The notes: generated from the sequence alone by a model not told the origin. 63,236 nucleotides of DNA, filler included, from Octopus bimaculoides (GCF_001194135.2; 4 parts of 4 records of this genome joined end to end with filler, not necessarily neighbours in it); one strand, 5' to 3'. Shown: positions 1 to 12,102, counted from the whole stretch's first letter. Program-made: numbers and translations.

Positions 1-34
<34 letters not shown>

Positions 35-102
35 TATGTGCATATCTATATCACACACATTTGTATATTTGTATGTGTGTATATATATATATAATATCAT
101 AC

Positions 103-912
103 AGGTTCACACTACTGTCCCTGTCACCCTCAGTTGATGACATATCACTGCAAGTTTTCTTATCTAATGCTTTCATTTCAAGAGCCTTTTCACTTTTAGA
201 CATCCGTGTTGTACTGTAATTGGGTTGGCAGTGATCTGTGTATTGACAACAATCTCTCGATTGGGTTTTCTCGATAGAAGTTGAGCAAGGAGTACACTAC
301 TTGGCATGTCGGCCGATGTAATCGGTTCTGTGTCCAACATGTCAGAATCACTGTCGAATGATGCTTTCCGTTTAACAGCTTTGAAACGATTTTTTGCTTT
401 CATCTTTTCATGGTCTTTATCCAGGAAATTTATTAGACAATTTAACGGTCTGAAATTATTAACATTGGCTTGCGATTTGATCATGTCGGAGAGTTTGAGC
501 ACAGAATCATCAAAACTTGTTCGGTGAGGGACACTTGAAGTGGCAGATTTGTGTGAGTGGTAGCAGGAAATTGTGGCTCAGATGCATGAAGGTGACGAGC
601 AGAAATATCCTGGTCTTGACTAGTGCTTTGTGCGGGGGCAGTTCCCTTCAGCTCCTCCTTCTCCTGCAACAGCTTCTGAAGTAGATCTTTGTTGGCATTC
701 TTCTCTGCTTTACCAGCCTCTGATGTTGCGTGGTGGTTATCACTTAGTAGTTACTTAAGAAGTTCATCATTATTCACAGATTTTTTTTGACTCAGCTTCA
801 TTTTGTCTACTTTCATTGGAAGGTTATCATTCGGAGAATGAATACCATCCGAGTCATGCCTCTTTGAATAAAAATCCTCTTCTCCCATACTGAGTAACAT
901 TTTGAGGAAAAG
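103..912 (-). pseudogene. Decayed LxxLL-rich exon resembling a nuclear receptor coactivator (NCOA/SRC/Taiman- or NRIP1-like)
   Basis: Minus-strand translation gives LKMLLS, NDELLK*LLS, NKDLLQKLLQ and SVLLAQLLS separated by low-complexity S/D/K-rich linkers. There is an in-frame TAA at 753-751, at least one frameshift between about 580 and 500, and a donor-like CCT|GTATGA at 102. Confidence 0.55.
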
Positions 913-1325
913 GATTCAAGGATCCCTAAGCAGATGCTATACGGGGAACTTGTGAATGGAAAGAGGCCCCGGCAGAAACCAAGGCTGCGATTTAAGGACT
1001 ATGTCAAGTCCTCATTAAAGGTCTGTGATATGCAGGAGACTGACAGGGAGAGCAATGCCTGTCATCGCCACAGATGGAGGAAGCAGGTTAAGGAGAGGGT
1101 CAAAACTTTTGAGAGAGCATGTAATTTGCATGAAGAACTTAAGCGTGCTGCTCGAAAGCGCACCGCTTGGTTTGCAATGTTTGCAGTCGTGTATGCTTGT
1201 CAAGATCAGGGCTCATTAGCCACCAACGGAGCCGCTGATGCAAAATACAAGTTAGTCCTAGACCGCACAATGTTCCTGAAGGTCAGCAATGGTCTTCCTC
1301 GGTCACGAGTAGACGGCCATCATAT
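913..1325 (+). mobile_element. RTE-clade LINE, 5'-truncated 3' end
   Basis: DSRIPKQMLYGELVNGKRPRQKPRLRFKDYVKSSLK...RWRKQVK, then a frameshifted C2H2-like CNVCSRVCLSRSGLISHQRS, typical of the RTE ORF C-terminus. Confidence 0.9.
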
Positions 1326-2025
1326 TAATATATGTATATAATGATGAGAACTTCGACTTGCAAACTATTTTATTTGCTAATGAAAGTTCGAAACCTAAGG
1401 TCCGGTTGTAAAACATGGTAAATGTTTTTATTTTTCATTCCCTTCGAAATTGCTCTTAACTGTGGTTTGGACTTTTGACTGTTTTTTCGAGCATGTAAGG
1501 TGATCTGTTAAGGCTCAACTCTTTGTGTGTTTAAATGTACACTAATTTTATGCATATGCATATATGGCAGCAAGACGCATAGGAAATCATCATGATATGT
1601 CGTCCAAACGAAGTATTATTCATTGAAATTACACAATGACAAATTTCAAATAGTCAGAAATTACTACATCCAAAATCCAAAGTGAAGAATTAAAGCGAAA
1701 AGAATAAAACATTGATATACAACAAAAAGAAGAAAAAAAATTATCTCTCAGATCTATTTTGCGTGCAAATTCATTATGAGCATGTGATTCGCTATGAAGC
1801 TGGTTAATTTCAATGGTAAGGAGGTCGAAAATATCTGCAGCGAGAGGTTAATTAGCTTCCTTATTACGAAGGAGGAGTTTTCGTTGAATTAAAAAAAGAA
1901 ATTGTCAAGCAGATATGTATGCACCAACAGACATCCAAATGAACTGATACGAGCTACATGTTCCTACACTCGCACATATATACACAGATTAATATATACG
2001 TTAGCATTCACATGTAAAGAGAAAG

Positions 2026-2063
<38 letters not shown>

Positions 2064-2177
2064 GTGCATATGTGCATAACTACATCACACACTTTTGTAT
2101 ATATATATATATATATATGCATATGTGCATATCTATATCACACATTTATATACATACGTGTATATATATGTATACAC

Positions 2178-2253
2178 AGAACTAATCCAAGAACTTTTTG
2201 ATACCGCCTCGTATGTATGTATATATATATATATATATATACGAGGTGGTATC
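2178..2253. mobile_element. Two isolated mariner terminal-repeat remnants back to back across a (TA)n tract
   Basis: 2178-2211 reverse-complements to CGAGGCGGTATCAAAAAGTTCTTGGATTAGTTCT, which matches the element end at 3328. 2242-2253 is CGAGGTGGTATC. Both abut TA. Confidence 0.6.
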
Positions 2254-2725
2254 CCTGTACATCGGTCAAACGGTCATTCGCTACATCTGCATCTGTGTTC
2301 GGACTGTCTCTACACAAGGGCCACCCGGACTCCCGCCTTCGCTGTGAACAAGAATGAATCTTCTCTCTTCATTCCTAGCACCCTATGGGCTCAACTCACT
2401 ACCTCTCTATATCTGACACCAACCCCACATGGATTCCCACAAACGTCCCACATTCAACTGCCCCCTCCCTCTACACACCTGCATACTACCTACCTCGGTA
2501 CCCTCACCACACACACCACTATACAAACACTTATACACACTGTTAAACTCATTGCTCACTTCACACACCATTACACACATCCCACAAACACCTTCATACT
2601 CCACACACAATGGTGCAGAACACTTCTCAGCACCCACGCAACACACCATTATGCTTAGGACTTGCACGTTAATTTCATGAACAAGCTGTTCCATTGATGG
2701 AATCCGTCGTAACCGACGGAATACC
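2254..2725 (+). mobile_element. Penelope-like element remnant (GIY-YIG C-terminus plus tail)
   Basis: SLYIGQT at 2254 and, frameshifted, EQE*IFSLHS*HPMG, resembling the EQxLIFxLxTLxPxGLN end of PLE endonucleases. A hairpin TCCGTCG-TAAC-CGACGGA lies near 2703-2720. Confidence 0.55.
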
Positions 2726-2748
2726 TTAATGTGTGTGTATATATGAAA

Positions 2749-2922
2749 CAAAATAGAATGAAAAAGCTACAGAAGATATGTATTATATGGTTAAAAAAAT
2801 ATATTAAAATCATGTTAGGAAAATGTTACACAATATTGTATAACATTTTCCTAACATGACGATTTTAATATATTTTTTAACCATATAATACAAATCTTCT
2901 GTAGTTTTTTCATTCTATTTTG
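2749..2922. repeat. 174-bp near-perfect palindrome
   Basis: Arms of about 85 bp (caaaatagaatgaaaaaagctacagaag... and ...cttctgtagttttttcattctattttg) are centred on CAATATTG, with a few substitutions and small indels. Confidence 0.95.
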
Positions 2923-3327
2923 ATTTTTATACACCCAACCACGTGCTTTCACATACCAACTCTCTCACCCAAATATATATATATAATATTTGTAAATATT
3001 AAGGCATTACTTCAAACGTTTAACGGTTCGCTCTCAGCTAGGTATTCAAAATAGGTTATTCAATAATATTCTCATAAGAATTTAGGGATATATTCCGTGG
3101 GATAATTCTGAATATATTACTTTATCCATGAAGGTTTCCTGGAGTATATAACATCAACTATAATAATGGTTTCAAATTTTGCCACAAGGGCAGCATTTCT
3201 TTAATCTGTTCGTCCGACTACTGTGGTTTTTCTGCTATTTTTTTTTTCAGTGTTTTTGATGGTTTAACTGAAGGTTTTATCTCCTCTTTCTAGCAGGTAG
3301 GCGCCTTGTGTTTCCTTATGATAAATA

Positions 3328-4166
3328 CAAGGTGGTATGAAAGTGCTCCGGGACTAGTTCTGTAGTGCACCAACAGATGGCAGCAGATGGTTGCGTGCGC
3401 AGTGTGAGTTAGCAGTGACATTCACGAGGCAGTGTACCGAGTGACATCTCTGTGTTTACTTCGCAAGTTGTGAAATTTGTGTTTTTGTGATCACGTGTGT
3501 GCTGCAGTCTGCGATTTTGTCACGGACAGGAACAAAGAGCCAATGTAAAATTTCGCATTAAACTTGGGAAGTCTGCTACCGAGACATTGAGCATGTTATG
3601 GCGACAAGGGTAATGGGTCGTACGTGGCATGGACGCTTCAAAAGCAGAAGAGCGTGAGCGATCTGGAAAACCTGGAAAAAGGTCATCCTCGGAAATGTGA
3701 TATTTTGCATCGAGAATTTGTCCCCCAGGGCCAGACTGTTAATCAATAGTTCCACTGCAACATCTTGAAGCGTTTGAAGGGGGACATTCGGCGAAAGCGA
3801 CTGGATTTGTGCAACGCAAAAAATTGGATTCTTCACCGATCTCTCCTCTCTCGTGAGTTTTTCACCAAAAACAACATGGTATCGCTTCTGCACCCACCCT
3901 ATTCGCCAGATTTAGCATCTGCAGATTTCCATCTCTTCCCCAAGATGAAAATGCGAAGGTGGAAGGTCATCGTTTTGACACCGTTGTCGAAATTCAGAGC
4001 TTAAGGAAAACGACTCGCTTAAGGAAAACGAATTCCAGGCTAAATTTCAAGAGCGGCAGGAACGCCGGGTCCGGTGTATTGCTGCGCAAGGTAAGTATTT
4101 CGAAGAAGATGATGTTAAAATTTAGGTAAATAACTTGATGTTTATTAGCCTTTTGACACCACCTCG
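3328..4166 (+). mobile_element. Internally deleted mariner transposon
   Basis: TA-flanked imperfect ITRs (CAAGGTGGTATG / CACCACCTCG). Transposase remnants read EQRANVKFRIKLGKSATETLSML, EFVPQGQTVN and HPPYSPDLASADFHLFPKMK. Confidence 0.92.
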
Positions 4167-5869
4167 TACTTAGATGAATAAATAAGCATATATATATATA
4201 TATANNNNNNNNNNNNNNNNNNNNNNNNNNNNNNNNNNNNNNNNNNNNNNNNNNNNNNNNNNNNNNNNNNNNNNNNNNNNNNNNNNNNNNNNNNNNNNNN
4301 NNNNNNNNNNNNNNNNNNNNNNNNNNNNNNNNNNNNNNNNNNNNNNNNNNNNNNNNNNNNNNNNNNNNNNNNNNNNNNNNNNNNNNNNNNNNNNNNNNNN
4401 NNNNNNNNNNNNNNNNNNNNNNNNNNNNNNNNNNNNNNNNNNNNNNNNNNNNNNNNNNATATATATAGAAGCGTACACTTCCATTAATTCATTTATAAAT
4501 AATAACATATCTTCAAGCAAACGCATCTATATAGCGTTACTGTTTCACAAAGTTGCATCTACAAATATGCATTGTACCACACGCTTAAAGGCATATTAAT
4601 CAATGTGTATTTCGATGAATATTTATGTCGAAATTTTGGTGAAAATTTACCATAATTTCTTAAATAACCTAATAGAAACGGGTTCATGCGAGTTTACAGA
4701 TATTTTAACGGGAATAATTCTTCTGGAATGCGGGCAAAAGGTTGTTCACATTTTTAAAAGACAAAGAAGACAATAGAAACACAGGAAGAAATGAAAAAAA
4801 AAAAAGAAAGAAACAAAGAAATGAAAACAAACCCACAGAAAAATAGTAAATTATTATAGATATAGGAAGTTAACATGACATTAAATATCTTTTCGACATA
4901 GTACAGCTACATCTGAGATGATAAATACAAACATAACCTTTTCTAATCGAACAAAGGTACTAAAAATCAAAAGTACATAAGTAAAGCAGCACAACATACA
5001 TAATCGATCGATCGATCGATCGATCCATTCATCCATCCATCCATCCATCCATCCATCCATCCATCTATCCATCCATCCATCCATCCATCTGTACGCGTAC
5101 ATAGATTTATCCAATACATACATACATTAATATATACATGCATACTTAATATATACATACATGCATACATTAATATATACATGCATACTTACGTCAAACA
5201 TACTTACTTACGTACATTAGTATATATATATACATACATGCAAACACACATACAAACACATACATACTCACAAACACCTACATACATGCATGCATGCATA
5301 CATACATATATATATAAATTTTTGTAAAGGCCGACAGGAAGCGGTGCTTCCTAGGGCTAAAGAGCAGTAGTATCATTCTCTTTCATGGGACTGTTACATT
5401 AAGTTGACAACATATCATCACTTTATTGTGTTACTATTGTATAAATCTCTCTGAGAGATTTAGAAATGTATTATTTCTATAAATTCTTGTGTCAAAATAG
5501 TATCCACCCGGTGCACAGAAAATTGAGTTGAAAATAAGAACAATGGAAATTTTGAAATAATCTTCTTTACCACAAGCAGAAGACCTGAAATTTGCGATGC
5601 GGAGAATAGTCGATTACATCGACCCCAGTGTTTCACTGGTACTTAATTTATCGTTACCGGAAAAATGAAAGACAAAGATGGCCTCGGCGAAATATGAACC
5701 GGAATGATCCGGAATTCCATGAGAGTAGAACAAGAGTGTCAAGGTCATAATTTGCATCTACATACGCATCCAGTGTGGTTGCCATTTCAAAGTTAGTATA
5801 TTCACGACATAGTGAATATGAAGTCTTTGCTGGGCATGGGTCAGTAAGCGAAACGTATTTAGAAACTTC

Positions 5870-6130
5870 CTACTATAGAAAGATTGCAGGATTTATTATT
5901 ACGTCAATAACAGTGAGTCTTTGATAATATAATTGATTTCGAGTGGTGCTATATTTCTGGTTTTCAAATACCAGACGTAGATTGGTATTATTGTTTCAAT
6001 TTTTTCTTGGTGTTTATAAACCTGTAGTTATGGTGTTTGTAGCGTAGCTTAAAGGAGTTGGAAGTAAGGCTTATTTTTATTATATTTTATAGCATATATT
6101 TAGAACTGTACATTGGAATACATTATCTGG
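5870..6130 (-). mobile_element. Penelope-like GIY-YIG endonuclease remnant
   Basis: Frameshifted NVFQCTV...ISLTSNSFKLRYKHHNYRF...YVWYLKTRNI...KSCNL, resembling the PLE pattern YIGxTxNxFKxRYxNH...YIWxLK...CNLC. Confidence 0.6.
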
Positions 6131-6292
6131 TTTATGTCTATGTGCCTGGGGATATAATTCTTTTTGAAAGTCTGTAGTTTTATAGATGTGTTTGCTTCGA
6201 GATATGTATCAAATTATAGATGTGGGTATATAAGCGTATATTGTTATATTATACACTGACTCATTTGTCATTATATATATATTATATAAATA

Positions 6293-6350
<58 letters not shown>

Positions 6351-6847
6351 ACTATCTATCTATTATATATATATATATATATANNNNNNNNNNNNNNNNN
6401 NNNNNNNNNNNNNNNNNNNNNNNNNNNNNNNNNNNNNNNNNNNNNNNNNNNNNNNNNNNNNNNNNNNNNNNNNNNNNNNNNNNNNNNNNNNNNNNNNNNN
6501 NNNNNNNNNNNNNNNNNNNNNNNNNNNNNNNNNNNNNNNNNNNNNNNNNNNNNNNNNNNNNNNNNNNNNNNNNNNNNNNNNNNNNNNNNNNNNNNNNNNN
6601 NNNNNNNNNNNNNNNNNNNNNNNNNNNNNNNNNNNNNNNATATATAATACACACACATACACGCACGTGCGCGCGCACACACACACACACACGCACACAT
6701 GGACTCTCCTGTCGAAGACAACGTATGAGTGTTACATATATTTTAATTAACATTTTGACTCAATTTCATAAGGGTGTAAAGATCTGGGTCATTCTGTGAT
6801 TAAAATGTCTTACACAATATAAATAGTATAACAAATTATATGATGTG

Positions 6848-7055
6848 CAGTAATCTCTCGTCTATAGCGGGTGTTACGTTCCAAAACCTCCCACAGAAAT
6901 AATTAAAATCTAAAAAAAAATATAAATACCTATCGGTCGCAGAAACTTGTGATATACTGAGGAGTCAGCGATATAAATTTACATATATTAGCCAGAAAAA
7001 TTTGCGATGCACTGAGTACGCTATAGGTGAACCGCGATATGACGAGGGGTTACTA
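6848..7055. mobile_element. pogo/Tigger-like MITE, copy 1
   Basis: Imperfect TIRs CAGTAATCTCTCGTCTATAGCGG / CCGCGATATGACGAGGGGTTACTA. A second copy lies at 9212. Confidence 0.7.
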
Positions 7056-7064
7056 TAATATAGA

Positions 7065-7118
<54 letters not shown>

Positions 7119-7120
<2 letters not shown>

Positions 7121-7378
7121 GCTGTTTGGTAAGAAGGTTGTTTTCGAACCACATGGTTTTAGTTTCAGTCCTACTTTGTGGCATATAGGATAAGTGATTT
7201 TTACTGAAGCATCTGGCCGACCAGAGCCTTGTGTTTGGATTTGATAGACAGAAACTGAAAGAAGTGCATCGTATATAAATATATATGCATGTATATCTAT
7301 GTGTGGATGTCTTTCTGTGTGTGGTTGTCCCCCCATGCTTGACAGCGGGTGTTGTGTTTGCATCCCCGTGACTAAAGG
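7119..7378 (+). mobile_element. SINE family A, diverged copy
   Basis: Aligns by eye to the tRNA-like head and internal (TA/TG)n linker of the copy at 50701-51130. Confidence 0.7.
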
Positions 7379-7710
7379 TATGTTTTTGTCAATATTTGCA
7401 ACGGGAATTCTTTTGTAAACGCATTCTTTAAACGTGTTTACAAAAGAATTCTCCGAGAACAGAATGGGATATTGTTCTTCATTACAGAGCGGACAAAATA
7501 TTTACCTTTATCATATGGAAAGGATCTCGATAGAATATTCCATTCCAAATCGAATTGTTTATTATTTTCTTTAAGAGACCAAATTAATTTACTAAGCCCA
7601 GTATTGTTGCGTTTATTGATATGTCTGAATGCAGAGAAATGGTTAGATATTTTTTCGACAACTAAGATGACTTGGATGACTCCATTTCTTAATTTACATT
7701 TATATATTTA

Positions 7711-7746
<36 letters not shown>

Positions 7747-8667
7747 TATATATANNNNNNNNNNNNNNNNNNNNNNNNNNNNNNNNNNNNNNNNNNNNNN
7801 NNNNNNNNNNNNNNNNNNNNNNNNNNNNNNNNNNNNNNNNNNNNNNNNNNNNNNNNNNNNNNNNNNNNNNNNNNNNNNNNNNNNNNNNNNNNNNNNNNNN
7901 NNNNNNNNNNNNNNNNNNNNNNNNNNNNNNNNNNNNNNNNNNNNNNNNNNNNNNNNNNNNNNNNNNNNNNNNNNNNNNNNNNNNNNNNNNNNNNNNNNNN
8001 NNNNNNNNNNNNNNNNNNNNNNNNNNNNNNNNNNNNNNNNNNNNNNNNNNNNNNNNNNNNNNNNNNNNNNNNNNNNNNNNNNNNNNNNNNNNNNNNNNNN
8101 NNNNNNNNNNNNNNNNNNNNNNNNNNNNNNNNNNNNNNNNNNNNNNNNNNNNNNNNNNNNNNNNNNNNNNNNNNNNNNNNNNNNNNNNNNNNNNNNNNNN
8201 NNNNNNNNNNNNNNNNNNNNNNNNNNNNNNNNNNNNNNNNNNNNNNNNNNNNNNNNNNNNNNNNNNNNNNNNNNNNNNNNNNNNNNNNNNNNNNNNNNNN
8301 NNNNNNNNNNNNNNNNNNNNNNNNNNNNNNNNNNNNNNNNNNNNNNNNNNNNNNNNNNNNNNNNNNNNNNNNNNNNNNNNNNNNNNNNNNNNNNNNNNNN
8401 NNNNNNNNNNNNNNNNNNNNNNNNNNNNNNNNNNNNNNNNNNNNNNNNNNNNNNNNNNNNNNNNNNNNNNNNNNNNNNNNNNNNNNNNNNNNNNNNNNNN
8501 NNNNNNNNNNNNNNNNNNNNNNNNNNNNNNNNNNNNNAACACACACACAAACACACATACACACACACATATGTATATATCTTTCTCACTCTAAATTCCA
8601 CAAACACAAGTCATAATGTAACTCATAAAGACGGTTTAATGGACAACTATATTTGTTGTTTTTACCC

Positions 8668-8690
8668 TTCTTCTTCTTCTTCTTCTTCTT

Positions 8691-8721
<31 letters not shown>

Positions 8722-8755
8722 TTCTTCTTCTTCTTCTTCTTCTTCTTCTTCTTCT

Positions 8756-8802
<47 letters not shown>

Positions 8803-8818
8803 TTCTTCTTCTTCTTCT
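8668..8818. repeat. (TTC)n trinucleotide tract
   Basis: About 150 bp, nearly perfect. Confidence 0.98.
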
Positions 8819-9026
8819 CCCCTCTCCCTTTCGTTAAGGAATCTCTTCGTATAATCAATTCCTTCTTTTGTACTTTTCCCTTCTGTCTTTCTTCTGAAAT
8901 TCTTTTTATAAACTATATAAATTATATATTTAGCCACCAAGCCGAAGTACTTATTGGCTTGGAAAAACGATGAGCACTGAAACGGAATTTATATATCTGT
9001 ATGCCAGTCTTTAATTATGTACGTGT

Positions 9027-9106
<80 letters not shown>

Positions 9107-9211
9107 NNNNNNNNNNNNNNNNNNNNNNNNNNNNNNNNNNNNNNNNNNNNTTAATTAATTAANNNNNNNNNNNNNNNNNNNNNNNNNNNNNNNNNNNNNN
9201 NNNNNNATATA

Positions 9212-9426
9212 TAGTAGTCCCTCAACCATCGTGGGTGTTACCTTCCAAAATCACCCCGCAATAGATAAAAATCCATGAAGTAGAAACAGTACTGTGCAGT
9301 ATATTTTTTTTTATAATTTGTATATATTTATTCTATTATAAATGCAAAACAACACTACAGAGGAATCGACGTAAGCTTAAATAATAAACTGTGATAGGTG
9401 AACCGCGATATGGCAAGGGGTTACTG
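9212..9426. mobile_element. pogo/Tigger-like MITE, copy 2
   Basis: Same termini and internal GGGTGTTAC.TTCCAAAA as 6848-7055; flanked by TA. Confidence 0.7.
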
Positions 9427-9594
9427 TATTTCACGTTTTCTTTTAAGTCTGCCTAGCTTAAGGTAGCTGCATCTTCATACTAGTCACCACATGCTGTGAT
9501 CAAACTGGGGTACCACATATAAACACATACACACACAAACACAGCCCCTATCAATAGTTTTTTTGGCATATGAAAGTGGTGTTTCACCCTGTAG

Positions 9595-9686
9595 CATCCC
9601 TGGAAGTCAGTCTCTCTTCCATGCATGCATTTCTCTTCAGGTTTTTGTCTGATGGACAGTTTTGCTTTCCCCGTTCCCATATCCAA
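9595..9686 (+). CDS. Candidate coding exon; product unidentified
   Basis: Acceptor tttcaccctgtag| (alternative ttctcttcag| at 9640), frame SLEVSLSSMHAFLFRFLSDGQFCFPRSHIQ, phase-0 donor CAA|GTAAAA. Confidence 0.45.
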
Positions 9687-10275
9687 GTAAAACGAGTTAC
9701 AAGTTCTTTTCCTCGTTCACTGGAATCTAACAGGTTATATTTGATTAGTCAAGTGCTCAAAGGTCAAACAGCTACAATTACAGTTATGACCTCCCCCTCA
9801 CTCTCTCCTCACGCTGTATTAGAAAACAAAGGTTAACACTGTTGATGTTTTATGGGATATATATATATACATACGCAGAGGTTATAAACAAGTACACACC
9901 CACAAAAGACAAAAGAGCAAGCCAGGTTCATCAAAACCCAGGTTGCCTGGTGCCACTAACAAAGACTAGATGTTAAAACAATGAGGGCTGTAAGAACACA
10001 ATGGTTGGGTCACAAGAGATTAAACTCCAGTGTAAAATAACGAGTTGAGTGGAAAGCGGGGGGTGGGGCTACTGTAGTTCATCTTTGACACTACAGCAGT
10101 GGTTGGTGGTAGTGGTGATGGTGAGAGCAGTGGTAATTTTCTATTTGTTTCAGTCATTGGACTGTGGCCATGCTGGAGCACTGCCTTGAAGTGTTTTTAG
10201 TCAGACAAATCAAACCCAGTGGGTTTTTTTCCTTTTCTTTCTCTCTTTCTCATGTTTTCTTTTCTTGTTCTGCAG

Positions 10276-10329
10276 CTCCTGGAGAGACAGTCACAATTGC
10301 TGAAGAGATGGCTTCCAGAGAATGCCTGA
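10276..10329 (+). CDS. Candidate terminal exon joined to 9595-9686; product unidentified
   Basis: Strong acceptor ttttcttttcttgttctgcag|. Phase 0 reads LLERQSQLLKRWLPENA*, and AATAAA lies at 10774. A phase-1 frame (PGETVTIAEEMASRECLRQLMK...) is also open to 10472. Confidence 0.45.
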   Translation, partial: LLERQSQLLKRWLPENA

Positions 10330-11603
10330 GACAATTAATGAAGACTTCACTGCAACAAAAGCCCCTTCTCCTGGGCCCTGCTGCCGAAGGTTTACAACTG
10401 GACTACAACAGAGTCAACCCCAGCATCCAAAGTCTAGAACAGACACCAGAGAAACAAAAAGCCCTGGCCTAAAGTCCTACAAGACGCTTTCTCCTCTCTG
10501 TCTTTGGGTTTTGATTGCAACGGAGACAATGAACATTCCTGGTTAACTGACTGGAGTCTGTCTGTGTGTCAGCGTAATTAATAGAAGCTGTGTCTTTGTT
10601 ATTGACTGTTATTGTTAGTGAAACATCTGCTACTGGCAAGGAGATATTGTTATGTGATGGCTTCCTTCATCTTTCAGTCATTTACCATCCCAAGTCCTTC
10701 AACCTCTCCTCACGATTTAACCCTCATCCCAGTTTTCCCTCCTCCCCTCCCCTCCCCAAATGCATGGGAATACAATAAAAGATTGGACCATCACACAGAA
10801 TCTGTGCCAGGTTGTTGACTGTTGACCTTGTTGTTCCATTTCTCTATGAAAGACCACCAATTAAAGAAGTTGTCGACAGGTCACAGGAATATTGTTTTAT
10901 GTCACCAAGCAGGTGACACAGGTTTAAACCAACAGTGAACGTCAGGACAGAAATTAGGAACAAACTGTTAGGATTTTTACGTATGCAGTAATTAGACATT
11001 GTGAACACAAATTTGAAACAGAAAGGACCTCACATCCAAGGACAGCTTTCAAATCAAGCATTTAATGCCTGCCTGGGAAACCCAGAAACCCATCATGTAG
11101 TTTCATACTCCTTTCCTTTTCAAGTTGGTCATATATATATATATATATGGAACCTATATATATATATATACATGCAAATTATAAGAGGTTCCAAACTGTC
11201 AGTCCCCAGAAGCTCAGTGTTGCACCTTTGTGTGTGTGTTTTTGCACATACATACAAAGGCAAATATATGTCTGTGTGTATATATTTAACCCATATTAAA
11301 ACTGCAATGTTTTTTTTTTCTTCCTTGTTGTTGGTTTTTTTTGTTCTTTAGATTCTCTCTCTCTCTCCTTCTCTCCTAACATGTTTCCTTTTTTGCAATG
11401 TTTGAATATAAGACAACCCCCTACACCACCGGGCCATTAACTTCTTCCTGCTTGTACGTCTCTATGGAATTCATACATCCTGCCTCATTGAAGTAAACTG
11501 TCCTATAATATAACAGAGCTTGTTAGCAACACAGTATAAAGCCGCCCGCTAATTTCTGACAGATAAACAGAAACTGAAAGAAGCCTTATATATATTTACA
11601 TAT

Positions 11604-12011
11604 ACTCTTTTACTCTTTTACTTGTTTCAGTCTTTTGACTGTGGCCATGCTGGAGCACCGCCTTTAGTCGAGCAAATCGACCCCAGGACTTATTCTTTAG
11701 AAGCCTAGTACTTATTCTGTCGATCTCTTTTGCCGAACCGCTAAGTTACGGGGACATAAACACACCAGCATCGTCGGTTGTCAAGCGATGATAGGGGGGG
11801 ACAAACACACACATACAAACATACACACACACATACATATATATATACATATATACGACGGGCTTCTTTCAGTTTCCGTCTACCAAATCCACTCACAAGG
11901 CTTTGGTCGGCTTTAGGCTATAGTAGAAGACACTTGCCCAAGATGCCACGCAGTGGGACTGAACCCGGGACCATGTGGTTGGTAAGCTAGCTACTTACCA
12001 CACAGCCACTC
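11604..12011 (-). mobile_element. SINE family A, near full length
   Basis: tRNA-like A box TGGCTGTGTGG and B box GGTTCAGTCCC, CORE-like CTTGGGCAAGTGTCTT, internal microsatellite, and tail GACTGAAACAAG(TAAAAGAG)n. Confidence 0.9.
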
Positions 12012-12102
12012 GATGATGGATAAAAACAGGTTTTACTTGCAAATTACATTTAGTTCAGTGCCTGATGCCAGCTAAATGTTGCTGAGTTTTCCTTTATGAT
12101 GA

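Noticed and set aside
1375-1415. CTAATGA...GAAACCTAAGGTC hammerhead-like string
   Set aside because: The core is mutated, there is no stem II, and stem I is only wobble pairs.
2995-3150. Y*GITSNV*RF segment resembling a further PLE GIY-YIG remnant
   Set aside because: Too degenerate to support as a separate feature without alignment.
7472-8854. Long ORFs in the ORF track that span N runs (also 28774-29862, 45460-46611, 54173-55138, 55871-57328)
   Set aside because: They are open only because N codons are not stops.
8586-8973. Poly-K/F/S/E ORFs, and poly-V/G/T ORFs at 42465-43370
   Set aside because: Trinucleotide microsatellite translations.
9151-9162. TTAATTAATTAA island inside N runs (also at 35565-35576 and 61251-61262)
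   Set aside because: An identical 12-mer with stops in all six frames, centred in gaps, is an assembly or scaffolding linker and not biology. It also means adjacency across these joins is uncertain.
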